Virus record (IMG/VR): IMGVR_UViG_3300033508_000366
Coordinates: 13,460 to 77,459 of that record
DNA: 64,000 bases
Direction: 5' to 3' (one strand)
From: a virus
Below the pieces are notes generated by a model, which worked only from the letters and a program-made list of their open reading frames with translations, searched no databases and was not told the origin of the DNA. Every line of letters starts with the position of its first letter. Within the stretch, counting starts at the first letter, position 1. A program made the position numbers and the translations under genes. This document shows, piece by piece, positions 18,364 through 28,300 of this stretch.

Positions 18364-18903
18364 TCAAAACTTTCTATATTGCTCCAAATATGGAAAAAAT
18401 ATTAAAAGTTTGTTTAAAAATGCAACTGGATGGATTATTAAATTCGGTGCACCAGTTTGTGGATTATTACCCATTGCAACTAATGCATCCTGTAATTCCA
18501 TAAATAATTTAATAGTATTTGTCCTTATAATACCATCATCTTGAATACCGGCACCATTTTTAATTCTTTGATTTTCCTCAAAAATTCTCCGATAATCTTC
18601 TTTAGCTACAACTAATTCTGCTCTTAATGCTTCAGAGGATTCAGATAACGAAGAAACTTGTTCTTCAAGCCATTCTTGACCTTCTTTCGGTGTTTCGTCA
18701 ACAATTTCAAATAGTTCTTCTTTTTTTGGTGTTAATTCAACACCCTCCAATAATTCTTCGACTCTTGCTTTTGCTTTTAAGTCTCTTTCTTCCTCTGGGG
18801 TTTTTGGTTTTTCAACTGCTTTAACCACAGGTTTTTTAGCTGCAACAACTGGTTTCCCGCTATTGCCTTTTGCTAATGCTACTAAATCATTTTTCTTTGC
18901 CAT
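18364..18903 (-). CDS. hypothetical protein, Lys/Pro-rich N-terminus plus coiled coil
   Basis: 179 aa ORF. Confidence 0.65.
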   Translation of the reverse strand: MAKKNDLVALAKGNSGKPVVAAKKPVVKAVEKPKTPEEERDLKAKARVEELLEGVELTPKKEELFEIVDETPKEGQEWLEEQVSSLSESSEALRAELVVAKEDYRRIFEENQRIKNGAGIQDDGIIRTNTIKLFMELQDALVAMGNNPQTGAPNLIIHPVAFLNKLLIFFPYLEQYRKF

Positions 18904-18905
18904 AA

Positions 18906-20378
18906 TTATTCCTCAATATTTAATTTTAAATTTGCGTTTAAGTGTGCAAGAAGACCAGCTTCATCATTCCAAATGAAAGCTTCTCCTGCTTTAATTGCAC
19001 CAACAAAACCCTTTTTATGATGCCATTCTTCAGTTCCAGTAAGACTTGATAGATACCTTACGGTAACACCCAAATCTTCATTAGTCACTCTTGACTTATC
19101 GAGAACTGTGTATTTTACATCTCTTTTTCTATGAATATGACCAACATGCCATTCATGATAGGTAGTATCAGTCCAGTGAGGTTTTGATTCAATATCTGTT
19201 GCCATTAATAGTGGCAGTGATGCTTCCTTTTCTTCACTACCGTGAGTAAGACCCAACAATACTTTACCAAATCGATAATATTTTCTCGGTGATGCACCAT
19301 TGTTTATGTTTACAATCGGGTCGTTATGATACCATGCTTCAAGATATGCACCCATGTAGAAGCTACGTTCAAAATCGTGATTCCCCGGGATAACCACCAC
19401 ATCAACAGGAACACCAGCTTGTTTCAATAAACTAATTGCATCAACAAGTAGTCTCACACCAACATTAAATGTTTTTTGCCATCTCAGGTCTTCATCCTGT
19501 GGTGTGCCTTTTGTTGTGGTATTATAGATAGTATCACTGTTAAAAAAATCTGAACCAACTGGGAATAGTATTCTGGAATATTCGAAACTACTTGCCCTAC
19601 GAATAAGAGTTTCCACTGTGTCTAGAAATCGTTGACGAGCTATTTTTGTATCATAATTTTCACCAGTTTCACCACCCCATGCCAGTTTACCCATGTGTAG
19701 GTCAAAACAGGTTATTTCAAATAAATTATTTTCGTGACGTTCTGAAGGCGTTTCAGGCATCCAATCAAGAACTGGTGGTACATAGTTTTTACACATTTCC
19801 TGAAACAATTCACCAATCGCCCTTTCTTTAATATCTTGTAATTTTTTCTCCAACCTAACTTTAACCTGAAAGTTTTGAATTGTAACTGGAAAACCATTTA
19901 CTTTGCTTGTCATGTCCCATTTGTTCACCAATTGGTCTCTAACTCGCCAGATTTCAGTATCAACTTCTGTTGCCTGAAGTAATTGTGGAACGGTTTTTAT
20001 ATGGTCAACAGGATAATTTGCCCCACTAATCCATTCAACATATCCTTCGTTATCTTCTTCGTAATACTTAAGACTTTCGTCAGGTAATGAATTTTCGGGT
20101 TTTTTTATCGCTATGTCGATTTGTGACTCAAGACTTGTTTCATCGTGGATTAAACCAAACCCCTTATTGTTTACATATTGTTTATATGCTTCATCAAACA
20201 ATGAAAATAATTCGTCATCAAGATTTCCCTTTTCATAGCTATCGTATACAATAGCTTTAATGTTTTTCACGTAGGTATCGGCATACCCACATTTTACTGA
20301 AGCTTCTTTAACTGATATTTGATTTTGAATTGCATAATTTATAATTTCTACTGCTTTTTCTATTCGTTCTTTTGTCAT
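18906..20378 (-). CDS. calcineurin-like metallophosphoesterase with N-terminal HTH-like region
   Basis: CFDLHMGK, GSDFFNSD, PGNHD, THG and GHIH motifs. Probable start is MTKER at 20378. Confidence 0.85.
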   Translation of the reverse strand: MTKERIEKAVEIINYAIQNQISVKEASVKCGYADTYVKNIKAIVYDSYEKGNLDDELFSLFDEAYKQYVNNKGFGLIHDETSLESQIDIAIKKPENSLPDESLKYYEEDNEGYVEWISGANYPVDHIKTVPQLLQATEVDTEIWRVRDQLVNKWDMTSKVNGFPVTIQNFQVKVRLEKKLQDIKERAIGELFQEMCKNYVPPVLDWMPETPSERHENNLFEITCFDLHMGKLAWGGETGENYDTKIARQRFLDTVETLIRRASSFEYSRILFPVGSDFFNSDTIYNTTTKGTPQDEDLRWQKTFNVGVRLLVDAISLLKQAGVPVDVVVIPGNHDFERSFYMGAYLEAWYHNDPIVNINNGASPRKYYRFGKVLLGLTHGSEEKEASLPLLMATDIESKPHWTDTTYHEWHVGHIHRKRDVKYTVLDKSRVTNEDLGVTVRYLSSLTGTEEWHHKKGFVGAIKAGEAFIWNDEAGLLAHLNANLKLNIEE

Positions 20379-20416
20379 TTTAGATGAGTTAAATAATATT
20401 ATTTTAGAATTTCTGT

Positions 20417-20424
20417 CAAAAATA
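20417..20424 (-). promoter_or_regulatory. TAnnTTTG element (TATTTTTG)
   Basis: 38 nt upstream of the 20378 start. Confidence 0.35.
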
Positions 20425-20453
20425 TGATAAAAATATTTAAAACACAAGTGTTT

Positions 20454-20762
20454 TTAAATAAATACATTACCACTTTTTTTAAGAAGAACAATAGTTTCCT
20501 CAATATCTTTACATTCGGTTCTGAAGGATACCTCATTACTTATACCCATATCAAACCATTCACCCACTTTTTTTAGACAAGAATATCTTCTCTGTAAAGT
20601 TTTTTCGATTTTATTTGCGAATTCAGATTGATAGGTTTCAATTAGCTTTAATCCAGAAGGGTTTCCTGTTTGCAATTCTTTAACTCGTTGTTGTGGATGC
20701 TTTGATACACCAATCTTATAATATCCGTTTTCTAATGACTGAATTAAGTATATATATTTCAT
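20454..20762 (-). CDS. T5orf172/MUG113-type GIY-YIG domain protein
   Basis: YIYLI...YYKIGVSKHPQQRVKELQTGNP...IEKTLQ...GEWF. Confidence 0.85.
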   Translation of the reverse strand: MKYIYLIQSLENGYYKIGVSKHPQQRVKELQTGNPSGLKLIETYQSEFANKIEKTLQRRYSCLKKVGEWFDMGISNEVSFRTECKDIEETIVLLKKSGNVFI

Positions 20763-21370
20763 TTAATAATTCCCAATTGCTTTAGTCCTGCATAGCCTAC
20801 ACAATAAGCATCAGACATATCGAAACAAATGTCTTTTGGTTCTTGAGTATCTTTCTTGTAAAACCATTCAATTTGGGGTTCTAATTTACATACTTTTTCC
20901 CAAATATACAACTTTTTATCTTTTTTATATTTTTCAGGAAATGAAAGGGTTTCCACACTTTCACCCTTTTTATATGACACTTTAACTAATTCATGACAGA
21001 ATATTTTACGTGAATCATGTACACTAATCTTTTTAGGAAGAATATCAAATATTGTATATAATATGTATCGACATACACCATTAAAACCAAATAATAATGC
21101 AGCAGTACTTGGATTAACACTACCACCAAGCGGTTCTTCAACAACTATATGCACAACTTCACCATTTAATTCTTTTAATATGCGTTCTTTAAATTCCTGC
21201 ACATATTTTCTAAATATTTCGGCTTTATGAATATCCCTCTCTTCAATTGAAACATCCTTACCGAGTTTAAGTTCAAGATGCTTTAACTCAATTAATTTTC
21301 CATTCGAATCCCATAATGCGCTTCCGATATTAGTTGTACTTATATCCAGTGACCATATATATTTTTCCAT
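20759..21370 (-). CDS. ruvC: RuvC-like Holliday junction resolvase
   Basis: SLDISTTNIG, VVEEP and DMSDAYCVG acidic triad of the RNase H fold. Confidence 0.8.
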   Translation of the reverse strand: MEKYIWSLDISTTNIGSALWDSNGKLIELKHLELKLGKDVSIEERDIHKAEIFRKYVQEFKERILKELNGEVVHIVVEEPLGGSVNPSTAALLFGFNGVCRYILYTIFDILPKKISVHDSRKIFCHELVKVSYKKGESVETLSFPEKYKKDKKLYIWEKVCKLEPQIEWFYKKDTQEPKDICFDMSDAYCVGYAGLKQLGIIK

Positions 21371-21375
21371 AATAA

Positions 21376-21594
21376 TTATTTTAATTGACTGAAAACTAAT
21401 TTTTCGTCCTTCATTTCATCAATCATTTTTTGTACATTCTTTGGGTCACGTAAATAGAGGATAATTAAATCCTCAATAACCCCACCAATTTTCATGCTTT
21501 TTCCTTTGCATAGCTTTTTAAAACTATCGTGAATCTCGCCATCAATAATAATTGATTTTGGCTTAGTTTCACTAAGTGTGTGTAAATCTTTCAT
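21376..21594 (-). CDS. ribbon-helix-helix DNA-binding protein
   Basis: KSIIIDGEIHDSFKKLCKGKSMKIGGVIEDLI pattern. Confidence 0.7.
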   Translation of the reverse strand: MKDLHTLSETKPKSIIIDGEIHDSFKKLCKGKSMKIGGVIEDLIILYLRDPKNVQKMIDEMKDEKLVFSQLK

Positions 21595-21626
21595 ATATTA
21601 TAAATTATTTATTGTCATAATTTATA

Positions 21627-21634
21627 ATAAATAC
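21627..21634 (-). promoter_or_regulatory. putative late-promoter motif GTATTTAT
   Basis: 32 nt upstream of the start at 21594. Confidence 0.5.
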
Positions 21635-21677
21635 TAAAGATTTATAAAAAAATATAAAAATTTACGATTATTTTAGA

Positions 21678-22460
21678 TTAAAAATCTATTGCGAATAAAA
21701 TTGTTCTGGAAACCGAATCGTTTTTTTCGATTGGGTCATTCAATTTACCAATCGCAACAAGATTTTTATTCTCGTCATATATACCAATTTCGGTAATGGC
21801 TACTGATGATACTCCATCCCAAGTAAGGTTGGATGTTGAATTAAATTCGTTTAACGGTAAATCAATTGAAAGGTCTGTTACAAATACATCTGCTTTAATA
21901 TCAGTCATAACATTACCTAAAAAATATGTCTCATCACCAAAACAAAGTTTATCGTCATCAATCGGTAATGCCGATGGATAATTTAAATATGCTAAGTCAT
22001 ATGGTATAAATGTGGTAGCAAGAATGTCCCAATAATGTAATAGTGGAATTTTTAGTGTCTGAAACAATATTTTTTCTGCTGTTAACATATATGTTCCACC
22101 TGTTGTATATCCAGTACACTGGTTGGTCATATCAAATATTTTCCAATCAGACGATATTGGCTTTATATTATCAGTATTAGTATATCCACTATTATTAATT
22201 AATTGAATTAATGCATAGATTTTATGTGCAGTATATCCTGTACCACCAGAAATATTATCACTTAAAAATTTAAAACCAGCAGACGTACCAGTAGTTCCAC
22301 CCGAAAAAGTAACTCTAAGCTCTTCAGCTAAGATATTATCTGTTTCCATCTGCGTGGTTTTAATGTAATTACAATGAATCGCTTTACCATAACCATGACT
22401 ATTTGTAGTACCAGTTGGTTCTAAGATATATGAAATAAATATTGTATAATTTTCTGCCAT
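21678..22460 (-). CDS. virion structural protein (tail/baseplate)
   Basis: C-terminal ITEIGIYDENKNLVAIGKL motif typical of tail-fibre/baseplate attachment domains; lies within the baseplate cluster. Confidence 0.65.
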   Translation of the reverse strand: MAENYTIFISYILEPTGTTNSHGYGKAIHCNYIKTTQMETDNILAEELRVTFSGGTTGTSAGFKFLSDNISGGTGYTAHKIYALIQLINNSGYTNTDNIKPISSDWKIFDMTNQCTGYTTGGTYMLTAEKILFQTLKIPLLHYWDILATTFIPYDLAYLNYPSALPIDDDKLCFGDETYFLGNVMTDIKADVFVTDLSIDLPLNEFNSTSNLTWDGVSSVAITEIGIYDENKNLVAIGKLNDPIEKNDSVSRTILFAIDF

Positions 22461-22505
22461 TTTTTATTTGTTTTTATATTATCTAGTAAAAGAATCCCCC
22501 ATCGT

Positions 22506-25346
22506 CTACATGATTTCACCACTATTAGCAGCAATAGTTCTATTTGGTACACCCACTTCATAGTTTGCACCACCAGAATTATCAACACTTACAAGAGAAA
22601 TTGAAGCAAGATTACTATATGAACGCCCCACATTTTTAATAGAACTAGTTGCAATAGCATGTAAACAGAAAGTACCTATATTCGTAGATGTAATTGTGAA
22701 TGTTCCACTTTTAGTTTGCGATGAATTTGTTATAGCACCTGCAGCTATTGAACTTGAAGCCAACTCTTGCTTAACTGTGCTCGTACCTAAAGTATAATAT
22801 GCACATGCACTAATTTGTGCAAGTAATGAGGTATTTGGGAGTGTTGCTGTATCAGAAACTGCATTGTTGGTGAAATGTAATACAATTTCTTGTCCAGCCG
22901 TTAATGGTTTACTTAAACCGATTTTAGCACTAATTACACTTGAGGTCTGTATATTATCACTCGTTTGAGTAATATTTGAAATATATACTGTTGGTTTAGT
23001 TTCTGGTACAGGCAAAGCCATTACAGCACCAGAAATAATGTTACCATATCCAATACCAGCACTGTTTTGTGCAAATGCTCTGAAATAAATTCCAGTACTT
23101 GGGGTTAAATTAGGCATTGCTGGATTAAACACGTTTCCTTCAGCTATACTTCCAACAGTCGATGCCTTTAGAATACCAGTTTTTCCATATTGTAAATCCA
23201 ATGCATTATTTTTTGTTGCATCTTGTGTATATAATATACCATATTCAGTAATTGTTGCGCCACCAGCATCAATAATTTCATTATTTTTCGTTGATACCAT
23301 TACTTTTGTATTTACAACTGTTTGTGTAGATATCATACCTGATTCAACTTCTGGTACATAAACCGCTGGTGGTGCTACAGCAGGTGTTGTAATTGTTCTA
23401 ACTGGTGTGGTTGAAGAAGAATATACAACGCCAGCAACTTGAATATATGATTTGTATTCATATGTTGTATTCTGCAATAAACCTATTATTGTCGTATTCC
23501 AACCAGTACCCAGAATCGGTCCTGTCGAACCAAGAGTCGGATATTTAGTCCAAGGTTCATTGGGTAGACCTGTCCTTCTATACATCATACCATATTTCTC
23601 AACAGCAACGCCTACACTTGAAGGTATATTATATCCACCTGTGTTTTCAATTCTTCCAATTCCAGCAGTACCATTAGTTGTTTCAACAAATGGTGTAATT
23701 ACTGGAGGTGCTGGTGGAACAACTGGTTCAGGTAGTGTTGTAATTACATATGTATTTGCTTTGTCAAAAAATTCGTTATTTCCATTTCTTACATATGCAC
23801 GATAATTATAAGTTGTATCATATAAAGTCTCTTCGATATTTATAGTAAAACTATCACCAGTAAGTGCTGTTGTTCTAGATACTTTTAACCAGTTTGCTGG
23901 AATATCTGAGTCAGTAGCCAACTTATATTGTACCCCATACTCAGTAACTATATCCCAACCAATTATATTTCTACCGCCAGTGTTTTTAATCGAACCTGCT
24001 TCACCGATAACTGTTTGAACGAATAATGTTGGCGGTGCTGGTGGTGGTGCAATATAACCACCTCCAGCAGTTAATCCGAATTCTGGAAGTGTCCACGACC
24101 TATTTGATTTATATGACATTGCATTTAACATTTCTTGGTCTTCAATTAAAAACATTTTTAGTTCATCGAATATCTTACCGACAATATTATTATTTTCATC
24201 AACCAAATCGTAATAATGAATACCTAAATCAACTAAAGTATAATCATTCCCAGCAGTTAATGTAACACCCAATGTTTCACCACTGGATTTATGCCACATT
24301 ATTAAAGGTATTTCTAATTTAGGTGTTGATTGATAAAATCCTTCTGCATATACGTTAGCTGGAGATTGATTGGTGTAATGAATAACACCCAATTTTTTAT
24401 AATATGGTTGTTGACTTTGAATATATGATACAAAACCACCATACGTTCTACTTTTAAATTGCGTATACTTTCTATTAGTTGTTCCAGACAACACACCAGC
24501 AATTTCTTCTGTGAAAATAATTGACATATTCCAGAAAGGGAATATTACTGTGGGGCACTGGCTGTTTTCAAGAAATGATAATACGCTCTCATCGAGATAA
24601 TCGGTTGAAAATTGATTAAGTATTGATGCACCACTGAAAGTAATTTGATTATAATATATCATTGCACCAGCTTTAACTGTTGGTGAATAACTACTGAAAT
24701 CAGGTAACTCTCTATCAACAGTAACTACAACTGAACTACTTCCTAAATTACCACTAACGCCACTAACAATTTGATAAATTAAAAATGGCGTTGGTATGTT
24801 CTTGTTACTTGTAAAACCTGTAGTATCTGCGTTTAATGTCCATTTTACCAGAACAAAATCTCCAACTTCTGGTTCTTCACCGCTTGTTCCATATTCAGGT
24901 CCTTTTTTTAACGTTAATTTAGTTCCACCAGTAACCCCACTCATATCAATCATCACATCAGGTTGTTTAACATGATTAGTGTCTTTTATGAAAGTAAATG
25001 TATTATCATAAGTATTGGTAAAAAAACCAATTGGTTCAACAGTATTAGTAACTGGATACCATGTTGTTGGTATTGAGGATATTACATTATATGGGTCACC
25101 CAATAGATTCTGAGGAATAAATGAAATAATACTCGGATTATTATCCATTGGTCTCATTATTGATGAGTTAAATGCAGTATAGCTATTATCAATAGCATTA
25201 ACGGCACTAACAAAATCATAATCAATTTCACTATCGCCAATTGCAAAATATTTAAAATTCAATTTACCTGTTGATAGTAATTCTCTACCCTTTGAGGTTA
25301 ATTTAATGTTTAATACTACAGGGTCTTTTTTCTCAATGAATGCCAT
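22506..25346 (-). CDS. virion structural protein with FN3-like domains
   Basis: MAFIEKKDPVVLNIKLTSKGRELL...YFAIGDSEIDY N-terminus; TTYNYRAYV, TTYEYKSYI and GIYFRAFAQNSAGIGYG FN3-like strands. Confidence 0.7.
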   Translation of the reverse strand: MAFIEKKDPVVLNIKLTSKGRELLSTGKLNFKYFAIGDSEIDYDFVSAVNAIDNSYTAFNSSIMRPMDNNPSIISFIPQNLLGDPYNVISSIPTTWYPVTNTVEPIGFFTNTYDNTFTFIKDTNHVKQPDVMIDMSGVTGGTKLTLKKGPEYGTSGEEPEVGDFVLVKWTLNADTTGFTSNKNIPTPFLIYQIVSGVSGNLGSSSVVVTVDRELPDFSSYSPTVKAGAMIYYNQITFSGASILNQFSTDYLDESVLSFLENSQCPTVIFPFWNMSIIFTEEIAGVLSGTTNRKYTQFKSRTYGGFVSYIQSQQPYYKKLGVIHYTNQSPANVYAEGFYQSTPKLEIPLIMWHKSSGETLGVTLTAGNDYTLVDLGIHYYDLVDENNNIVGKIFDELKMFLIEDQEMLNAMSYKSNRSWTLPEFGLTAGGGYIAPPPAPPTLFVQTVIGEAGSIKNTGGRNIIGWDIVTEYGVQYKLATDSDIPANWLKVSRTTALTGDSFTINIEETLYDTTYNYRAYVRNGNNEFFDKANTYVITTLPEPVVPPAPPVITPFVETTNGTAGIGRIENTGGYNIPSSVGVAVEKYGMMYRRTGLPNEPWTKYPTLGSTGPILGTGWNTTIIGLLQNTTYEYKSYIQVAGVVYSSSTTPVRTITTPAVAPPAVYVPEVESGMISTQTVVNTKVMVSTKNNEIIDAGGATITEYGILYTQDATKNNALDLQYGKTGILKASTVGSIAEGNVFNPAMPNLTPSTGIYFRAFAQNSAGIGYGNIISGAVMALPVPETKPTVYISNITQTSDNIQTSSVISAKIGLSKPLTAGQEIVLHFTNNAVSDTATLPNTSLLAQISACAYYTLGTSTVKQELASSSIAAGAITNSSQTKSGTFTITSTNIGTFCLHAIATSSIKNVGRSYSNLASISLVSVDNSGGANYEVGVPNRTIAANSGEIM

Positions 25347-25362
25347 CTATTATTTATTTACC

Positions 25363-25370
25363 ATAAATAC
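25363..25370 (-). promoter_or_regulatory. putative late-promoter motif GTATTTAT
   Basis: 16 nt upstream of the start at 25346. Confidence 0.6.
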
Positions 25371-25385
25371 ATGAAATTATTTTTA

Positions 25386-28300
25386 TTATATTGTACAAGA
25401 TAAATCACCAGTACTATAACAACCAATAGAAAACTTATTGTTACACTTAACATTTGCAGTACCTACATTAGCAACAACCGATGATATGATAATCATAACA
25501 CCACCACTTGCACCATCAAACGTACTACTACAGCGATAATCACCACTAAACCTAATTAAACCAATGTTTGCAGCAGTAATTCCATTTACAACATATGTTC
25601 CAACCACAGTATCAGAATTACTCGAATCAGCACCATTACATTCAATATAAACACTATCTATTGTTGTCCAAGTACTTCCACCATTCAACGATATACTAAT
25701 ATTAGCATATCCCGAACTATATGTTTCAGGATAAACTGCATCACAATTAGCATCAAGTGTATAACTAAATGTAATTGAAAGAACCTGACTATTTAAATTA
25801 TCTGCAGACATTCTTGCTTGTTCTCCTACGACTGAACTAAAAAATACTTCAACAGGATTAGATGTTGTCGTAAACGTTCTATCAACACCGTATGAAATTA
25901 ATCCTTGAGCGTTTCGTGCATATGCTCTAACATGATATGTGGTGTTTGGAGCTAAACCAGTTATTGGTGAGGTAAAACTACCTGTTGTACCAGCAGCAAC
26001 TACCTTAGTATTTCCTGTTGTTGGATTTACTGTCATACTCCATACTATACCACGTTCAGTAATTGCAGATGTACCAGCAGATGTTACTTCTCCACCACCT
26101 GTTGCACCAGTTGGTGTTATGGATGTTACCACTGCAGTTGTTACTGTTGGTGCTACTAGTGTTATAGCTGCTGTGTATACAGTGAGTACGTTTCCATAAT
26201 AAGAAATACCATCAATCACCATAACAGCACGATAGTTATATGGAGTATTTGAATCTAAACCACTTATGTTTTGAGTAAAATTATTAACCATAATAAATCC
26301 TGCTGATGGTGATGTCTGTAACCAAGTACCAGAAGTAGTTTCTTTATATTCCATGAAATAATAATCAATTGTGAGCCATATACCAGAAGGTGATATACCT
26401 TGACCACCAGTACCAAGTATTGATGTAGTGGTTACACTAGTGTGCGGCTTAGTTTCTAATATAGGTACAACAGGAACTGCTTGTGTTGTAAATAGTTTTT
26501 CATTACCATATGCAAGACCAACACCATTAACAGCATAAGCTCTGACATAATATAACGTACTCGGCATAAGTAAATTTAACGTGCTTGTATATAAACCAGT
26601 ACCGATACCATCAGATGTTTTATTGCCACTATATAATGGATTTGGTGATGTGCTATAAACAACACCACGTTCGGTAACAAATGACCCCCCATCTGATATG
26701 ACATTATTATTAAATATTATTGAACTTGTCTGTCCAACAGATTGTGGATTACCTGTTGTAAGTGTTGGAATCACGGCACTCGGTGGTGCTGGCTCATAGT
26801 AATTTTGGTCAACAAGAAATTGACTTCCACTGTCACCAAAATATTGTAAAAGTATTCTATTATTCGAAGGCACATTAACACCTCTTTTATACATGAATTT
26901 CTGTTTAGTAAATACAGTATTTCTCACCAATAAACCACCTTGTTTTATTATAATTGTAGCAGATAATAACTGGTCAACAAATCTTTGAAAAAATGCATTA
27001 TATTTACTCAAAAATGAATATAGATTTTGAAACGTATATCCATTCGATTGTAACGGGTCGCCATTAGGTAATAGTCCTCTTTTTAAATATTGAATATATA
27101 CATTTAACAATGCTGGATAATAACCACCTTTGAAATCACCAATAGTTTTTCTTGTCCTTGCATTTATCATCCTTCTTTGTATTAATTCAATGAATTCAAG
27201 AAACGATAAATTACTTATATCGCCAACACCAAAAGTATTTGCAACCACAGGTGTGAAATATTCATTGTTTGCAACGAGATAATACACACTAATAATCGTA
27301 CCATATCTAATACCACTTGGCAAAAATACTTCGAATTTATTTTGCGTATTTATACTGTAATCCATATCAGGTTCTAATGCAATACCATCAATTAAAACTT
27401 TAAGGTCACTGGCATTATTTGCTTTATAATTAAGTTTATATACATATTTATTTGCACCAGAACTAAAATAAATTTTACCAGTATTAAAACTATCTACCCT
27501 TACTACTTCACTTCTGGCACTAATATCATTACTACCAACCACCTCAACATACGCAACCTGTACATCGGGATTAGAATATAAATATGTAATAACATCTGGA
27601 TTTGATATGATGATTCGACTCGAACCAGTTGTATTTGCTGGGTCTAATATATAATCTGCAGCAAATTGTGGTGTACCCTTTGTAAGTGCAATTCCATTGA
27701 TTGTTACCTGTACATCACCACGTGGATAGCTTGGCAATGGAATTGCAGTACCCATTGAATTAGCTTTTACTCTTGTAACAATATATTGAACGGTTATACC
27801 ACTTACTGGTTGTGTTCCACCACTATATACGAAAGTCGCTTGAATAACATCTCTACGATTAGCATTATTATGTGCATACATTGCTGTTTCACCTGTTAAT
27901 GTAAATGTTTTCGAAGTTTCGTCAATAATATAATCTGCTTGATATGTGATACCTGTTGTTAAACCAGTTTTTGGTGCATTTAATAATATACCATTATATC
28001 TGACTTCAAGGTCACCCAATACCTTATTTGAATCATAATCAACGGGTAATGGAAATGTTGATTGAGCACCACTAACACCTAATGAAATATTAACATATGA
28101 ATATGGTAATGTATATCCACTCGAATTTGCCACAAAGTCTTGGTATTTAATATAATTAAATACATCATATTCAATACCTCTTGCAGTATCTAATGCAACA
28201 TCAACTTCTTTTGTATTTAAAACTAATCTACTGTCGGCTTGAAAATATTGTGGTGTAGTATCATCCACCCTTATTGTTTCACCACTTAAAACCCAAGATT

